A stretch of DNA of 64,000 nucleotides from a virus: the IMG/VR virus record IMGVR_UViG_3300007723_000001, positions 8,278 through 72,277 of that record; one strand, 5' to 3'. Position 1 is the stretch's first letter. Every line of letters starts with the position of its first letter. The translations under genes were made by a program, and so were the position numbers. Below are positions 41,301 through 51,700 of this stretch, piece by piece. The notes under the pieces were generated by a model that searched no databases, was not told where the DNA came from, and was given only the letters and a program-made list of their open reading frames with translations.

Positions 41301-42131
41301 ACAAAATATATGATCTAGCTTAAAACTATTAGTCGAATTGTCTAAATGAGTAGCAAAGATAGGTAAAAGATTATACATACAATCTGTATAACAATCCGAT
41401 TCTGCACACGTTTCCTTCAAATAAGTGATACAAGTATTATGATAAAGTCCATCTTCAAAAACTCCATATTCATATACAGAATCACAACACACTACATAAT
41501 CTAGAGAATCGGAAAAGCTATAATTACAATCCTCAAATACATTGTCTTCAAAAGCTCTTTCATAAAGTTTTATTGTAGCTGATTGAGCCTCAATAGAATA
41601 ACCTTTACATAGCCTATTACCTACAATATGTTGATAACTTTGTAAATTTGATATATGGTTAGATTCCTGCCTTTCTGTGTAATTTGGTATTTCTACACAG
41701 TCAGTATCTTTGTAAGTCTTTTCTATATAAAGTTCTTTTTCAAAAAGTCCATCTTCAAATACTTCTGGTTCAAAGCATTTAAATCTTTCTTTAAGAACTT
41801 CAATTTCACATACATTGTTGAAGTCTTCATAACAACCTAGAAAACAATCTAAGAAAGCTCTCTTTAATCTATCATCTTTCACAAACACTTTACTCCATAT
41901 ACCATTGCCTTCAAAACAATCTTCGAAGCAATCAATATATATTCCATTATCTTCTAATAAAGCATTAATAACTCTACCTCCTATTCTATTAACTGGACCA
42001 AATTGTCGTCCTTCTTCAAAAGTAAAAGTTATACCTTTGTTATTTATTGAAGGTATTAAGAATTCCTTATTAGAACCTTCTAATGTAGATAGTTCAAGGA
42101 CTTGGTTATAACAATCTTTTACAGGTAACAT
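38316..42131 (-). CDS. Large baseplate wedge protein: Cys-rich repeat N-terminus, helical-toroid-like middle, gpI-like C-terminus
   Basis: Follows gpJ; C-terminal IDFYGSDYSLFRWDGETDYDYKERI; AWLLLAY..YY...RY and LLRTYDLFRDYKYLD helical hairpins; repeated FExxVFE. Confidence 0.6.
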   Translation of the reverse strand: MLPVKDCYNQVLELSTLEGSNKEFLIPSINNKGITFTFEEGRQFGPVNRIGGRVINALLEDNGIYIDCFEDCFEGNGIWSKVFVKDDRLKRAFLDCFLGCYEDFNNVCEIEVLKERFKCFEPEVFEDGLFEKELYIEKTYKDTDCVEIPNYTERQESNHISNLQSYQHIVGNRLCKGYSIEAQSATIKLYERAFEDNVFEDCNYSFSDSLDYVVCCDSVYEYGVFEDGLYHNTCITYLKETCAESDCYTDCMYNLLPIFATHLDNSTNSFKLDHIFCIEENNTYPQIVYDQEGTKFLIDVQSCIESNCRTPLFDDDYIVNDRFFGCTEVKCLDEPSVYYKYINHYSYGIKPFEEGVFEPGVFVDKTLIYSEPYYPTDSGYSLCYRTPIVEERILANFVITDYYNEYIATLTNNEFISNTDCDICYKPYKDDYDQLCRFTPSGKECFVKGAGNSEVAYVLDIGYIPHYGSEISIIYENIPLRSDGSYTHEGLVPKGIKVVILKAISYLDEQIIAIRYGETPSGLTLLRTYGGSALNLNPIDQYVNLEELSISLINIILSGYKDSKECEDNSIGYYLDPQLELIVMYNLDRLSQLLDIEGASPRAGSIPLHLYSYITYEDIYDDQLQQERIQDCFMNNLFEAPCNIFNNSFILNNSLICPDDCFEPVLDNEFAFRLVDNRAIAWLLLAYNTYYKVFNNVRYNDTIETLASYLINEYNPKLSLVRKGWNHSTVYRESLPIDIYETSTNVTVCLSLLRTYDLFRDYKYLDTGADIYEGINYSLFSHKERLFVDNLDDVDYSYESLLYGLWLSKELNKSEAIESILETFKTYSKYLHTDPNIEITDSKGNLITTYSRDDIVAKRFDYLQLLVEDTRSTVPFFINKIKDQLPLHSSLSHIFITQRLLSDLSFNYDNTVKNISYYVPSILLVNKYTNIIHQHINNNIDTRVFTSAISSFCLNESLFNNSLFNIDCWPDVETLLMSRRFVYQKVSDLMPTKFGWFNEKAISPKGNLGKLLITTSKSLANWYVGFNRSLDANNLTTSKNREIDFYGSDYSLFRWDGETDYDYKERIKAYMLREANVSEAIVDTITLFGIDSIVTEPNITSTDSYFTYNYYKDLRFIPDPQDSWISDNYYATSPVIDIHTNYPVTPSIDEYVMEVKSLGVNHFYRSRLQFEGCYDLIEDDGNIEGDIQIRTSNYIPSYKAIIPCCGVYDYNRSTVYELTLDYATSSQLYINVDNEGNLSLSYDKTVYSVDMLLPFETYKVITVRPRYGFVS

Positions 42132-42163
42132 CTAAATGTATAAATTATATGAGTATAAAGTTA

Positions 42164-43234
42164 TTAATAACTATTAAAGGTAAATTGTATATCTTCTATA
42201 ACTATTAATTCTGAGTTATTAGGTACAATGTCTGCCACAGGTTCTATCAATCTAATAGACTTTACTCTGTCAAGAGTTGATAGAGAAGAAACTATAGTAT
42301 CTCTATAAAGAGGCTTATTAATAGAAAGCGAGTTATTAAGACTACTAATTATATCCTTTGCTTGGGATTGAATAAAAGCAACGGCATCTACAGTAGTTAT
42401 ATCTACCACTAACCTAATAATTACTGACCTTATCCTAATAGGTCTAATAAGAAAAGCAACACCTGCCGCTTTAACCCTATTTATTGTATTAGATAAACCT
42501 TCTATAAATTGGCTATCTGAAGAATCAATATAAATAGTGAAGTAACCCGTAATAGGAGTATGTTCTTGAATATACATTCTTCTACTACCATACCTAGATC
42601 TATTAATAGCATTAACAATTGCTGACTTAGTTCCTGTCTCCGTACCTCTTAATCTAGCTATTATCCTAGCCCTAAAATCTTCATCTGTTTCTCTACCTGC
42701 TCCATTTTCTAAACCACCTACGGTATTCAATGTCAAAGAGTCTCTATATCTACCAATAGTAAAAGAATGTGAAGGAAGAGTTGAAGCATACAATTTAGTA
42801 CCGGCAGGTAAATTGCTTTCAGAAGAGTTAGATAGTCCCTCTATCAAAATAGATTTCTCCACATTATCTGATATCTTTATAGTACTAACAGTTCTAAATT
42901 GTAGGGATTGATTAGGAGCAGATAGTACTAGTCCTTGTGGTATTATAACTTCTTTACCCTTTACTAAAACATATCCTCTACTTACATCTCCATTACTTCT
43001 AATTAACCCATAGTCTAAAGCTTTAGCGTCAAGATAATCACCAGTAGCTGTTAATATATAAAAACTTTGAAATACAGTATTTAATCTAACATCTTGCTCA
43101 GTTATTGCGGAAGCTATAGCACGAAATATAGCGTATATATTTGTATAAGGATTAAAACCAGCTAAAGATGAGCCTACTGAAACAAGAGTAGTCCTAAAGT
43201 ATTCTATTACTTCTTCTAATGATCTTATTTTCAT
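42164..43234 (-). CDS. Baseplate J/gp47-like protein
   Basis: TATGDYLDAKALDYGLIR, IPQG, GAGRETDEDFRARI, GT..AI. Confidence 0.9.
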   Translation of the reverse strand: MKIRSLEEVIEYFRTTLVSVGSSLAGFNPYTNIYAIFRAIASAITEQDVRLNTVFQSFYILTATGDYLDAKALDYGLIRSNGDVSRGYVLVKGKEVIIPQGLVLSAPNQSLQFRTVSTIKISDNVEKSILIEGLSNSSESNLPAGTKLYASTLPSHSFTIGRYRDSLTLNTVGGLENGAGRETDEDFRARIIARLRGTETGTKSAIVNAINRSRYGSRRMYIQEHTPITGYFTIYIDSSDSQFIEGLSNTINRVKAAGVAFLIRPIRIRSVIIRLVVDITTVDAVAFIQSQAKDIISSLNNSLSINKPLYRDTIVSSLSTLDRVKSIRLIEPVADIVPNNSELIVIEDIQFTFNSY

Positions 43235-43239
43235 TTATA

Positions 43240-43713
43240 TTATGTAGGAGTTAGATTATTTATATCATCAAAGTTTACAATAGTGGAAACCTCATAAGTG
43301 AGTCCACTAATAGAATAATGAATATAAATATCAACAGAACTAGGACCGGTCAAAGCTAATCTAACACTATTAATCTTCACGTCATTAGGAGCATTAGATA
43401 AAGCTCTCTTAATATGATTATTCCCTCTACTTAACCAGTCATAAGTAACAGGTTCAGAAAGTTCTAAGTAGATAGCATTCCCATAAGGTAAATCTTTAAT
43501 CCTTGATCCATATAAATCAATAATCCAAGCTTTTATATAGGTAATAGGAGTCTTTAGAACTCTTGCTAGTAATTTATAAGAAGCTCTATTAGGATCATCT
43601 TCTACTAGATCTAGAACTTGATTAGACCTTACATTTCTATTTGAAATATCTTCTTCTAAATCAATAGGTTGTATTGCCAAATCTCCTTCATATAAAAGTA
43701 AATCAGTAGCCAT
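43240..43713 (-). CDS. Baseplate gpW/gp25-like protein
   Basis: DLLL..GDL, LKTP, PYGN, IKRAL, VDIYIHY; immediately upstream of gpJ. Confidence 0.65.
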   Translation of the reverse strand: MATDLLLYEGDLAIQPIDLEEDISNRNVRSNQVLDLVEDDPNRASYKLLARVLKTPITYIKAWIIDLYGSRIKDLPYGNAIYLELSEPVTYDWLSRGNNHIKRALSNAPNDVKINSVRLALTGPSSVDIYIHYSISGLTYEVSTIVNFDDINNLTPT

Positions 43714-43734
43714 AAATATAAATTTTATTATTAG

Positions 43735-44106
43735 TTATGTTATTACCAAAGGTTGATATATAGAATGAGGAACTCCTATTATTAACCTTTTAGAGTCTTC
43801 TAAGATACCATATAATCTAGAAGTATAATGAGTGCCGTCCTTCAAAGTTAACCCAACTTTAATAGTATAAAACCCTTTATTAACGTCCCCTCTCCATTTA
43901 ACAACTAACTCTCTAGCATTTAATAGAGTCTCTCGTCTCCATAAAACTACTTCACAATACTTACAGTCATATTGAGCAGTGGAAGGGTTCCTGTTACTAT
44001 AAACAATAGATGTAGTTAATTTTCCCTTTTTACCCGTGTCATTCCTTATTAAAAAAGCTATACCTCTATCAATAACTTTTGGTGCACTTATAAAGTTTTT
44101 TATCAT
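43735..44106 (-). CDS. Hypothetical basic beta-rich protein
   Basis: 123-aa ORF in the baseplate operon; CKYC motif. Confidence 0.55.
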   Translation of the reverse strand: MIKNFISAPKVIDRGIAFLIRNDTGKKGKLTTSIVYSNRNPSTAQYDCKYCEVVLWRRETLLNARELVVKWRGDVNKGFYTIKVGLTLKDGTHYTSRLYGILEDSKRLIIGVPHSIYQPLVIT

Positions 44107-44135
44107 AAAGAGTTAAGAAATTATTGATAATGCTT

Positions 44136-44687
44136 CTATTTAACTAGATAGGCATCTAAGGGATTTATAGTATAATAAAACCCTATGTCAGATATATTAA
44201 ATTGTCTTATAACATTATTCTCATCAATCAATCTTAATTTACTACAAGGACCTGATACTAAAGCCATACCTAATTTGGCTAGGTTATCCCAATCCACTAC
44301 AGTGAAGTTCAATACAGTTGGGGTATAAATATCATCTCCATAATGTGGCTTTAGTTGAGTACCGTCCCTCATAAGAAAGAATTGTCTAATTTGTACTTGT
44401 ATAGTATCTTTTGTCATTACTTGTAGCTTACCCTTATAGTTAAAAACTAAATAGCCACCTTCTATAAAATCTATAACCCTCACTGTAGAGTCTAAAGCAT
44501 TACTTTTAGGTATAGGAAGACACAGATCCTTAGGGTAATTTATTTCTAGTTTTCTTAACTTATATAATGTTTCTTTATCCTCTAATTTATCTATCACCTC
44601 TTCAGGCATTTCTCTTATAAGATTTAAAGTCTGAGCTAATCTAGGTAACTGTTCTAATAAAGCAGCTATCTTTGTTCTCTCTTCCAT
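44136..44687 (-). CDS. Hypothetical protein
   Basis: 183-aa ORF overlapping the upstream gene by 22 nt. Confidence 0.55.
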   Translation of the reverse strand: MEERTKIAALLEQLPRLAQTLNLIREMPEEVIDKLEDKETLYKLRKLEINYPKDLCLPIPKSNALDSTVRVIDFIEGGYLVFNYKGKLQVMTKDTIQVQIRQFFLMRDGTQLKPHYGDDIYTPTVLNFTVVDWDNLAKLGMALVSGPCSKLRLIDENNVIRQFNISDIGFYYTINPLDAYLVK

Positions 44688-47600
44688 AACATTCTTTGAG
44701 ATGTAATTTCTATAGTATTAATAGATTCTAATCCTTTACTATACCATCTATTACTATCCTTTATAGACAATGCAGAACCGTTGATTTTTATTTCCTCTAC
44801 ATTATTGAGAATAAGACTTCCATCTCTTGTAGTCATTCTTAATTGTTTTACATTAGATAGAGAAGATATAAAATCAATTAATCTAATTTCACATTGTGCA
44901 TCTTGGGTCTGAAGTATACCAATAAGTTCTATAGGAGACACCCTGCCTGCTGTTTTTATATTACCTGAAGAATCCTCACGTAACTCTCTACCAGCTACAG
45001 GTATTACATTACCGAGAGAGCTCCAAGATCCATCCTGCTCTGTTTGAGCTTGTCTTATATCTTCAAAATTAATTAGATTGCCTGTTCTATCAAAAACAGC
45101 TCTCAATGCTTGGTCAACTCTAGTGACTTCAATTCCATCTGCATTTCTAATAGAATCTAGAATAGAGGTAAGAGGAACTATTTCGCCACTCTCTGTCTGT
45201 CCAAGTATCTTGTCCGGATCAGGTGAGTCGTTAGTTTCGTAAGCTATTATGTCGTTACTAGAATATCTTCTACTAGTAGAATTACCACAATCATTTATTG
45301 ATGAAACTATTAAACTTCCATCACTATTCATTTCTAAAGCTGTAATATTAGGATCAGAAAGGTCCAGTCTCCCTATAGATTCTAAGATGACACCTCTTAC
45401 ATTTCCTATTAAAGAATTCCAAGTACCCTCATTTATATTTGGATTATCTTCATAGTCAATATCTTCTATAGACGGGTCTTCTTGCTCATTAGGATTTAAA
45501 AGCTGACCTACTATGTCTTTAACAGGAGCCTTCGGTTGATAATTAAATGGATCTGATGCTATACCAATAATATCTCCAACCCTATTAACAATATCTAAGC
45601 ATCCTAGAATTGATGTCATTTGAGTAAGTATGGGTACGTCATTCTCATTCATCATAGATAGTAATTCAGGTATTGTCCCTAATGCCTCAACAGTACCCAT
45701 AATTGCAGAAGCATTATTTACCAGACCTTGAATTCTACCTATACTTCCTTCCCCTAATATATTATCTACTATAGAAGATAAGCTTCCATTAGTTATAAGA
45801 TCAGCTACATTACCAGATTGAATGCTTTCTAATAGTGGCTGTATATTATCTAAAATAGGTAAACCTATAGAATCCCCTAAGGTGTAAAGTAATTGTGAAG
45901 ATATATTTTCTATACCATCACCACTAATAATACCTGAAGCTATGGTTTTAGCTATATTGACAATGCTATTGTCTCCTATAGGTAGAGATTGTATCGCAGA
46001 AAATATGGAGTCAGTATCGCCCTCTAATAGTCCAGCTATATCCGAGGGAATATATTTACTTATTTCAGGTAATAAATTATCAGCTAAAGTTAAAATAGCA
46101 TCTTCTATATTAGGAGTATCAGACATTAAACTACAACCAACATCTACTAAAGAAGATAATCCGGGGACTCCACTATCTCCTTGCCTTAGTTTCTCTATGA
46201 CTGATACTGCAGAATTACCTAACCCTATTAAAGTAGATAAATTAGTAATCTGACTAGTTATATTATCTAAACCTTGGTTAATCTGTTCAGTACATTCATC
46301 TGATTCTAATGCTGATAAGTCTCTTAAACTCCTTTCCCATATAGAAGATCTTGATTCATCTACAGGTATCTCAATTGGCATATCAACATCTGTACCAATA
46401 GCCCCTAATAATATTGATGTTTCTTCGAATGACTCTCTAACAATATTCATTAAGGATGATGGTACTCCTCTCTGAGTTAGAATAGATTCAAAATCAGAGT
46501 TATGAGGATTTAAGGTAGTAGCTCCCTCCTCACCTTGCATTACTATATCGGTTATTGAAGAGGCTTCAGTTACAGTTAATCCTTTATTATTTAGAGAATT
46601 AAGTAAAGCAGATCTTGATACTCTAGCTAATAAACCAAATCTACCTTTATCATTTTCATTAGTTATATTGTCTAAAGGATCTTGATCTTCAGTACTAGCC
46701 GACTGTTCTAAATCTTCTATATCATCTGGTTCTTCTTCATCTGGATCTCTATAAGCAGGACCTATGTATACCCCAGGCATATAAGAAATAATATTATCTC
46801 TTGACATGCGTCCTTCGATACCTGATGTAGTAGTTTGTTGTTGACTTAACGTGGATGATTGTTCAGAAAGAGATATTCTATTGCTATATTCAGAATTAAA
46901 AGCAGTAGAAACTTGGTTCGGATTTTCTTCTGATTGCTCTCTTTCTAATTCCCTTGAAAGATTACTTGAACCTCTTCTCTCTAAAGAATCTAATATATCA
47001 TTCTCATGAATATTAAGATCATCTTCATCAGTTCTTTCTCTACGATTCTCCCTTTTGTACTGAGGTGGTATACAACTTTCTAAATCTTCATCTCCAAAAG
47101 AAGTTAGTCTTTCAGGAAAGTGTAAAAGTGATAAGAATTCCGGCAACTCTAAGTTAGGTAATAATTGATCTACTATACTCATGACATTAGCAAAGTCTCC
47201 TAAAAATCCTCCTAGAAAACTTATACCTCCCATATAAGTAGTTGCCGGGCTACCTATATTACCTATCTGTGTATATAGGCCGTGTAGTACATTACCAGCT
47301 TGACTAAAGTTTATAGATTTACCAGTGTTATCAATAAGACTCATAGCCCTAGGAGTTACAGTTGCAACACTATTACTAGAAGTAGTAACTTGATTCCTTC
47401 CCACTATACCTACTTGTTCTGTAGATACTAGACTAGAACCTTGAGGAGAAAGACTTAGAACATTCTGTGCAGATGGACTAGTGGATGAAGCTCCAGATAA
47501 ATTAGATATAAATCCAGATAGGAAAGAAGGAGACTCAATAGAACCATTAGACGTAGTCGCTCCTACAGATAAAGTCATAGTATTACCTACTCTATGAGTA

Positions 47601-48523
47601 GATATATTTTCTACAAACTCTTCTTTATCAGTAGTATGGACTTCTTCTCTTTGAGATTCGGTATGACCAATAGCCCTTGCGAACTGTTGACTTTGACTAG
47701 AGTAGTTACTATACCTAGAGCTTCTATCTTCATGAGATTCAGTAGAAACGTTTATACTCTTTTCAGTGACCCCTATATGTCTACGACTATTAATGACATT
47801 AGAACCAGTTGTAACATTATTAACTTCAGATTCACTATTGTTAATCTCTGTTCTATTGCTGTAAATAGTAGAATGATTTAATAGAATTGGAGCAATGTTA
47901 CTAACGGGACCTAAAGAACTAGTAACTATGGAACCAGAAGAACCAATTCGTATTCCGGCTCCACGATCCATAATACTAATAGCACCTTGTCTTTCAGCTG
48001 ATTCAATAAACATTTCAGCACCACGTCTGGAGAGGTCAATAGTTCTTCTTAAAACATCTGTAACTGATTCTCCATCAATAGTATCTTTTATATTTTTATT
48101 ATTAGCATTATCGTTACTAAGAGAGGATACTTGTTCTACTTTGTCAGTAGTTCTATTAGTTAGATTATAAGTGGTTTGCTGTAGTTGATCATTACTTTGA
48201 ATTAATGGTTGGTTTCCCAACACTTCCCTAACAGCAAATAGATTACCAAAGTCTTGTTTATTAGAACGAATAGAAGGTTGACCTAAAGAAAGACCTTCAC
48301 TATCACTCTTATTATCAATAAAACTTTGAGATAAGGTATTAACATCTACAGTGCTGTTAGATAGACCTATTTGTACTGCTTTTTTAGTATTATTAATAAT
48401 TGATGAGAAAGCCTCATAATGCTTTTTCACATAAGGTTCTCCTAGATTCGGAGTACTAGTAGTTCCAAAAGTATATCCTTCTGGCATTTCTCCTTTAGAC
48501 AAAGATTCTATAATAGGATTCAT
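44666..48523 (-). CDS. Large hypothetical virion protein (Ser/Thr/Asn beta-rich segment, acidic linker, Gly/Ile/Leu helical region)
   Basis: 1285 aa, first gene of the baseplate operon; function not recognised. Confidence 0.5.
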   Translation of the reverse strand: MNPIIESLSKGEMPEGYTFGTTSTPNLGEPYVKKHYEAFSSIINNTKKAVQIGLSNSTVDVNTLSQSFIDNKSDSEGLSLGQPSIRSNKQDFGNLFAVREVLGNQPLIQSNDQLQQTTYNLTNRTTDKVEQVSSLSNDNANNKNIKDTIDGESVTDVLRRTIDLSRRGAEMFIESAERQGAISIMDRGAGIRIGSSGSIVTSSLGPVSNIAPILLNHSTIYSNRTEINNSESEVNNVTTGSNVINSRRHIGVTEKSINVSTESHEDRSSRYSNYSSQSQQFARAIGHTESQREEVHTTDKEEFVENISTHRVGNTMTLSVGATTSNGSIESPSFLSGFISNLSGASSTSPSAQNVLSLSPQGSSLVSTEQVGIVGRNQVTTSSNSVATVTPRAMSLIDNTGKSINFSQAGNVLHGLYTQIGNIGSPATTYMGGISFLGGFLGDFANVMSIVDQLLPNLELPEFLSLLHFPERLTSFGDEDLESCIPPQYKRENRRERTDEDDLNIHENDILDSLERRGSSNLSRELEREQSEENPNQVSTAFNSEYSNRISLSEQSSTLSQQQTTTSGIEGRMSRDNIISYMPGVYIGPAYRDPDEEEPDDIEDLEQSASTEDQDPLDNITNENDKGRFGLLARVSRSALLNSLNNKGLTVTEASSITDIVMQGEEGATTLNPHNSDFESILTQRGVPSSLMNIVRESFEETSILLGAIGTDVDMPIEIPVDESRSSIWERSLRDLSALESDECTEQINQGLDNITSQITNLSTLIGLGNSAVSVIEKLRQGDSGVPGLSSLVDVGCSLMSDTPNIEDAILTLADNLLPEISKYIPSDIAGLLEGDTDSIFSAIQSLPIGDNSIVNIAKTIASGIISGDGIENISSQLLYTLGDSIGLPILDNIQPLLESIQSGNVADLITNGSLSSIVDNILGEGSIGRIQGLVNNASAIMGTVEALGTIPELLSMMNENDVPILTQMTSILGCLDIVNRVGDIIGIASDPFNYQPKAPVKDIVGQLLNPNEQEDPSIEDIDYEDNPNINEGTWNSLIGNVRGVILESIGRLDLSDPNITALEMNSDGSLIVSSINDCGNSTSRRYSSNDIIAYETNDSPDPDKILGQTESGEIVPLTSILDSIRNADGIEVTRVDQALRAVFDRTGNLINFEDIRQAQTEQDGSWSSLGNVIPVAGRELREDSSGNIKTAGRVSPIELIGILQTQDAQCEIRLIDFISSLSNVKQLRMTTRDGSLILNNVEEIKINGSALSIKDSNRWYSKGLESINTIEITSQRMLWKREQR

Positions 48524-48634
48524 CTATTTAATAATTTCATAAATACTAGTCATATATTCCTTATAATATAGAACATTAGAATAAACTATATTTTCATGTA
48601 CTTAAGGATAGATATACAAAATGATTTGATTAGC

Positions 48635-48694
48635 AATACTTACTAAAAATAAATACTTATAAGGCACTATTTGTTTTACGTATTAATAAGTATT
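48635..48694 (+). promoter_or_regulatory. Long hairpin in the leader of the sheath gene
   Basis: AATACTTACTAA / TTAATAAGTATT outer arms and AAAATAAATA / TATTTGTTTT inner arms. Confidence 0.4.
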
Positions 48695-48737
48695 AAAAGA
48701 TATAAATTATAAACTAATTCAATATTAATTAAGTCAT

Positions 48738-51700
48738 ATGAACATGCCAATACCCCGCGTTCAGTTTATTGAACAAAATGAGGGGTTTTCACCAGTTAGA
48801 CCTACAGTTACTAATAGAATAGGAATCATTGGTCCTTTCAGTAGAGGACCTGCCAATAGACTGAGATTAATATCAGGCTATACTGATTTCGCAAATACTT
48901 ATGGTTCAGATGGAGCAATAGGCTCATTAGCGTTTCAATCAGCTTGGGATCAAGGAGCCCGAGACTTTGGCTGTCTAAGAATATTAGGTAGAGGTAAATC
49001 AGCCGTAGGTAAAATAGATTTCAGTGGCTACTCTTCTAAAAAGAACGATATGATCTTTTTAATGAAGTTTATAGGGCCCGCTACTAAAAGATCTGAAAGA
49101 GCTTTAAGGTCTAACATAATGACCAGTGGGGATTTTACTGATGGTAATAGTGGTAGATTTTGGTTTAAGGTTGATAAGGTCGATGATGATGATTTTATAT
49201 ATATAAGATATGTATTTATTGCTGATGGTCAAGAAGGACTTATAAATTGGAATCCTGTTACTAGAGATCCGAACAGTATAGCTTTAGACTCAACTTTCCC
49301 TTCAACTTTAGCTAATAAAGTTTTAGCAGAAGCATCACAACAAAGTTCTATATCTACATCTGTACTTCAAATAGTAGGTGCAGAGAAACGGAATTTTGCG
49401 AATGGTTGTCTTGAATTACCTAAACCCGGTGAAGCCTGTACAGCAGCAATAGTGCAAGGATGGAGAGTTATAGTAGAAGCTGGTTCTATGCGTTGGACAT
49501 ATCATATAGACAACGCAGGTCAAAATATAAGATTTGATGCATCTAATAGTGGCTATATAGGTACTATTCCTATCACAGTCCCAGGTACAACTCAAGGTAA
49601 TGATTCTTACAACACTGCCATATGGGGTCAAGAGATCACTATAACTACTACAGGAGTAACAAATAGTAAAGATGCAGTCTTAGCAACAGCTACTACTTCG
49701 GGAGTTATATACCCTTCAGTATTTCATGTAGAAGATTATTTTGTAGTAAATAAATCTGATACAGGGGTACCCTTTGCTGTTGATAAAGGAGTATTCTTAA
49801 CGTTTGATACCTTAAATACTGGAGATGGTGTTGATCTATCTCCTGGAGATATATGGTCAGTAAGAATATTGAGTAAAGAATATACTATACCTATTCATGA
49901 AGAAGCTGTCCCTAGTCAAGTAGTAACAGCATTTGCATCAGTAATGTCTGGAGAAGATCCTGTGGGTGAAATAAAAAGAAATGAAACTGATACAGGATTA
50001 TTATTTGAGTTAGAACCAGAATGGGTAGGTATAGAAGGTAATAACTGGAATTACTATTTAGATCTTGCTGAGCCAGATGGTGAAGTAGTATGCGAAGGAT
50101 CCTTCTTTAGTGGTGAAAGATACATACAAGTCCCTATAAGATTTGCGACTTATATACAAGAGGGGGCTCAAGTAACCACATTAGAAAAGCCTGGCATATA
50201 CGGTGTATATAATATATCTAATCCTTTCGATCCTTTATCTCCTACGTCCAATCCTAATAAGCCAGTAATTTCTTCTAATACAAAAGTTGTAAGAGTAGAA
50301 GCACCAATAACTGGTGGGGGTATGGCAGTAATATGGTTAGATAAACCTATAGAAATGGACTTTGATAGTATAGCGGTATTTCACTTTGCTAATCCATTAG
50401 GATTATCTATGACGCATTACACTCAACATCAAGCTACATTTATGCAGGGAGGTGAAGATCCACCTAGAAGAGCCACTAGAACTCTCTATACTTTAGGTGG
50501 GGTTGGTTTAATACAATTGTTTGCTAACAGTGAGGGGCAATGGGGTAATCAATTGAGGATAGGTGTGTACCCCGAAAGCAGTAGGACTATAAGAATTACT
50601 ATAAGGGATCTAGATTCTGATAATTACGATCCACCATTACAAGATGAAGTATTTGTAATCTCTTTAGATCAAACAGATGATAATGGAGTTCTAACTCAAC
50701 TAAATGCTTCTAAATTTATTAGAGGTATATTCATTCCTAAGGCTAGAAACCCATCGTTCAATATAAAGTACTTAACGATGAGTCCTATGAGATTAGCTCC
50801 TTCTGATCAGAATATAATTGACCCTGAAGATCCAGCCTATCCCGATAACTACGGTCCTGAATATATGTCTAGTTTTTCTTTAGAAGACGGATATGATGGA
50901 CCTCCACTAAATGCAGAGGATTACATCTCGGGTTTAAATTTGATAAAAGATGAACCCATACATATGATTACCACTCCCGGCTTATATAATAGTAGGGAAG
51001 TAAAAGCTCAGATGTTAGCACAGGCAAAGTCAGCTACGGAGATAGAAGGTATGAGAATAGCTATCTTAAATGCTAGACCTGGATTAACTCCCGAAGCTTC
51101 TCATAATGAAACTTTCGGATTTGATTCTCCACATGGTGTAATGGTAGCTGGTTGGGGAACATATATGGGAAGAGTAGGTGCGCCTAGAGGAGGTCAAAGT
51201 CCTGATGCCTATCTAGCAGGAAAATTAGCAGCTACTCCTTACTTTATAGGACCTAATGCTAAGACTAGTGCAGGAGCTGTATTTGGAGTTGCGGAATTAG
51301 ATACTATGCCTCATTCTAGTAAAGGTAAATTGCAAAGGTTTACTGATGCCAGATTGGAAGTTTTACATTTAGATAGAATACTTAATAGATTTAGCTTCTT
51401 AAATGGTAGGACCTTATCTACTGATACTCAATGGGATAAAGTTAGTTACAGAAGAACCTTTAATGTTATAAGGACTGACTTGTCTAAAGTAATGTATCCT
51501 TATTTGAGCGAACCAAATACTCCTAGAAATCATACGAGAATGGCCTCAGCTATAGATGCCTACATGAGTCAAAGGAAAAGGAATGGTCAAATAAGTAGTG
51601 CCACTAATGCCTCTGTAAATAGTCCTAATCCAGCATCTGGTCTTGTTGAAATAAGAGTTAGTATCATTCCTATTTATGCTATGGATTATATAGATATCTA

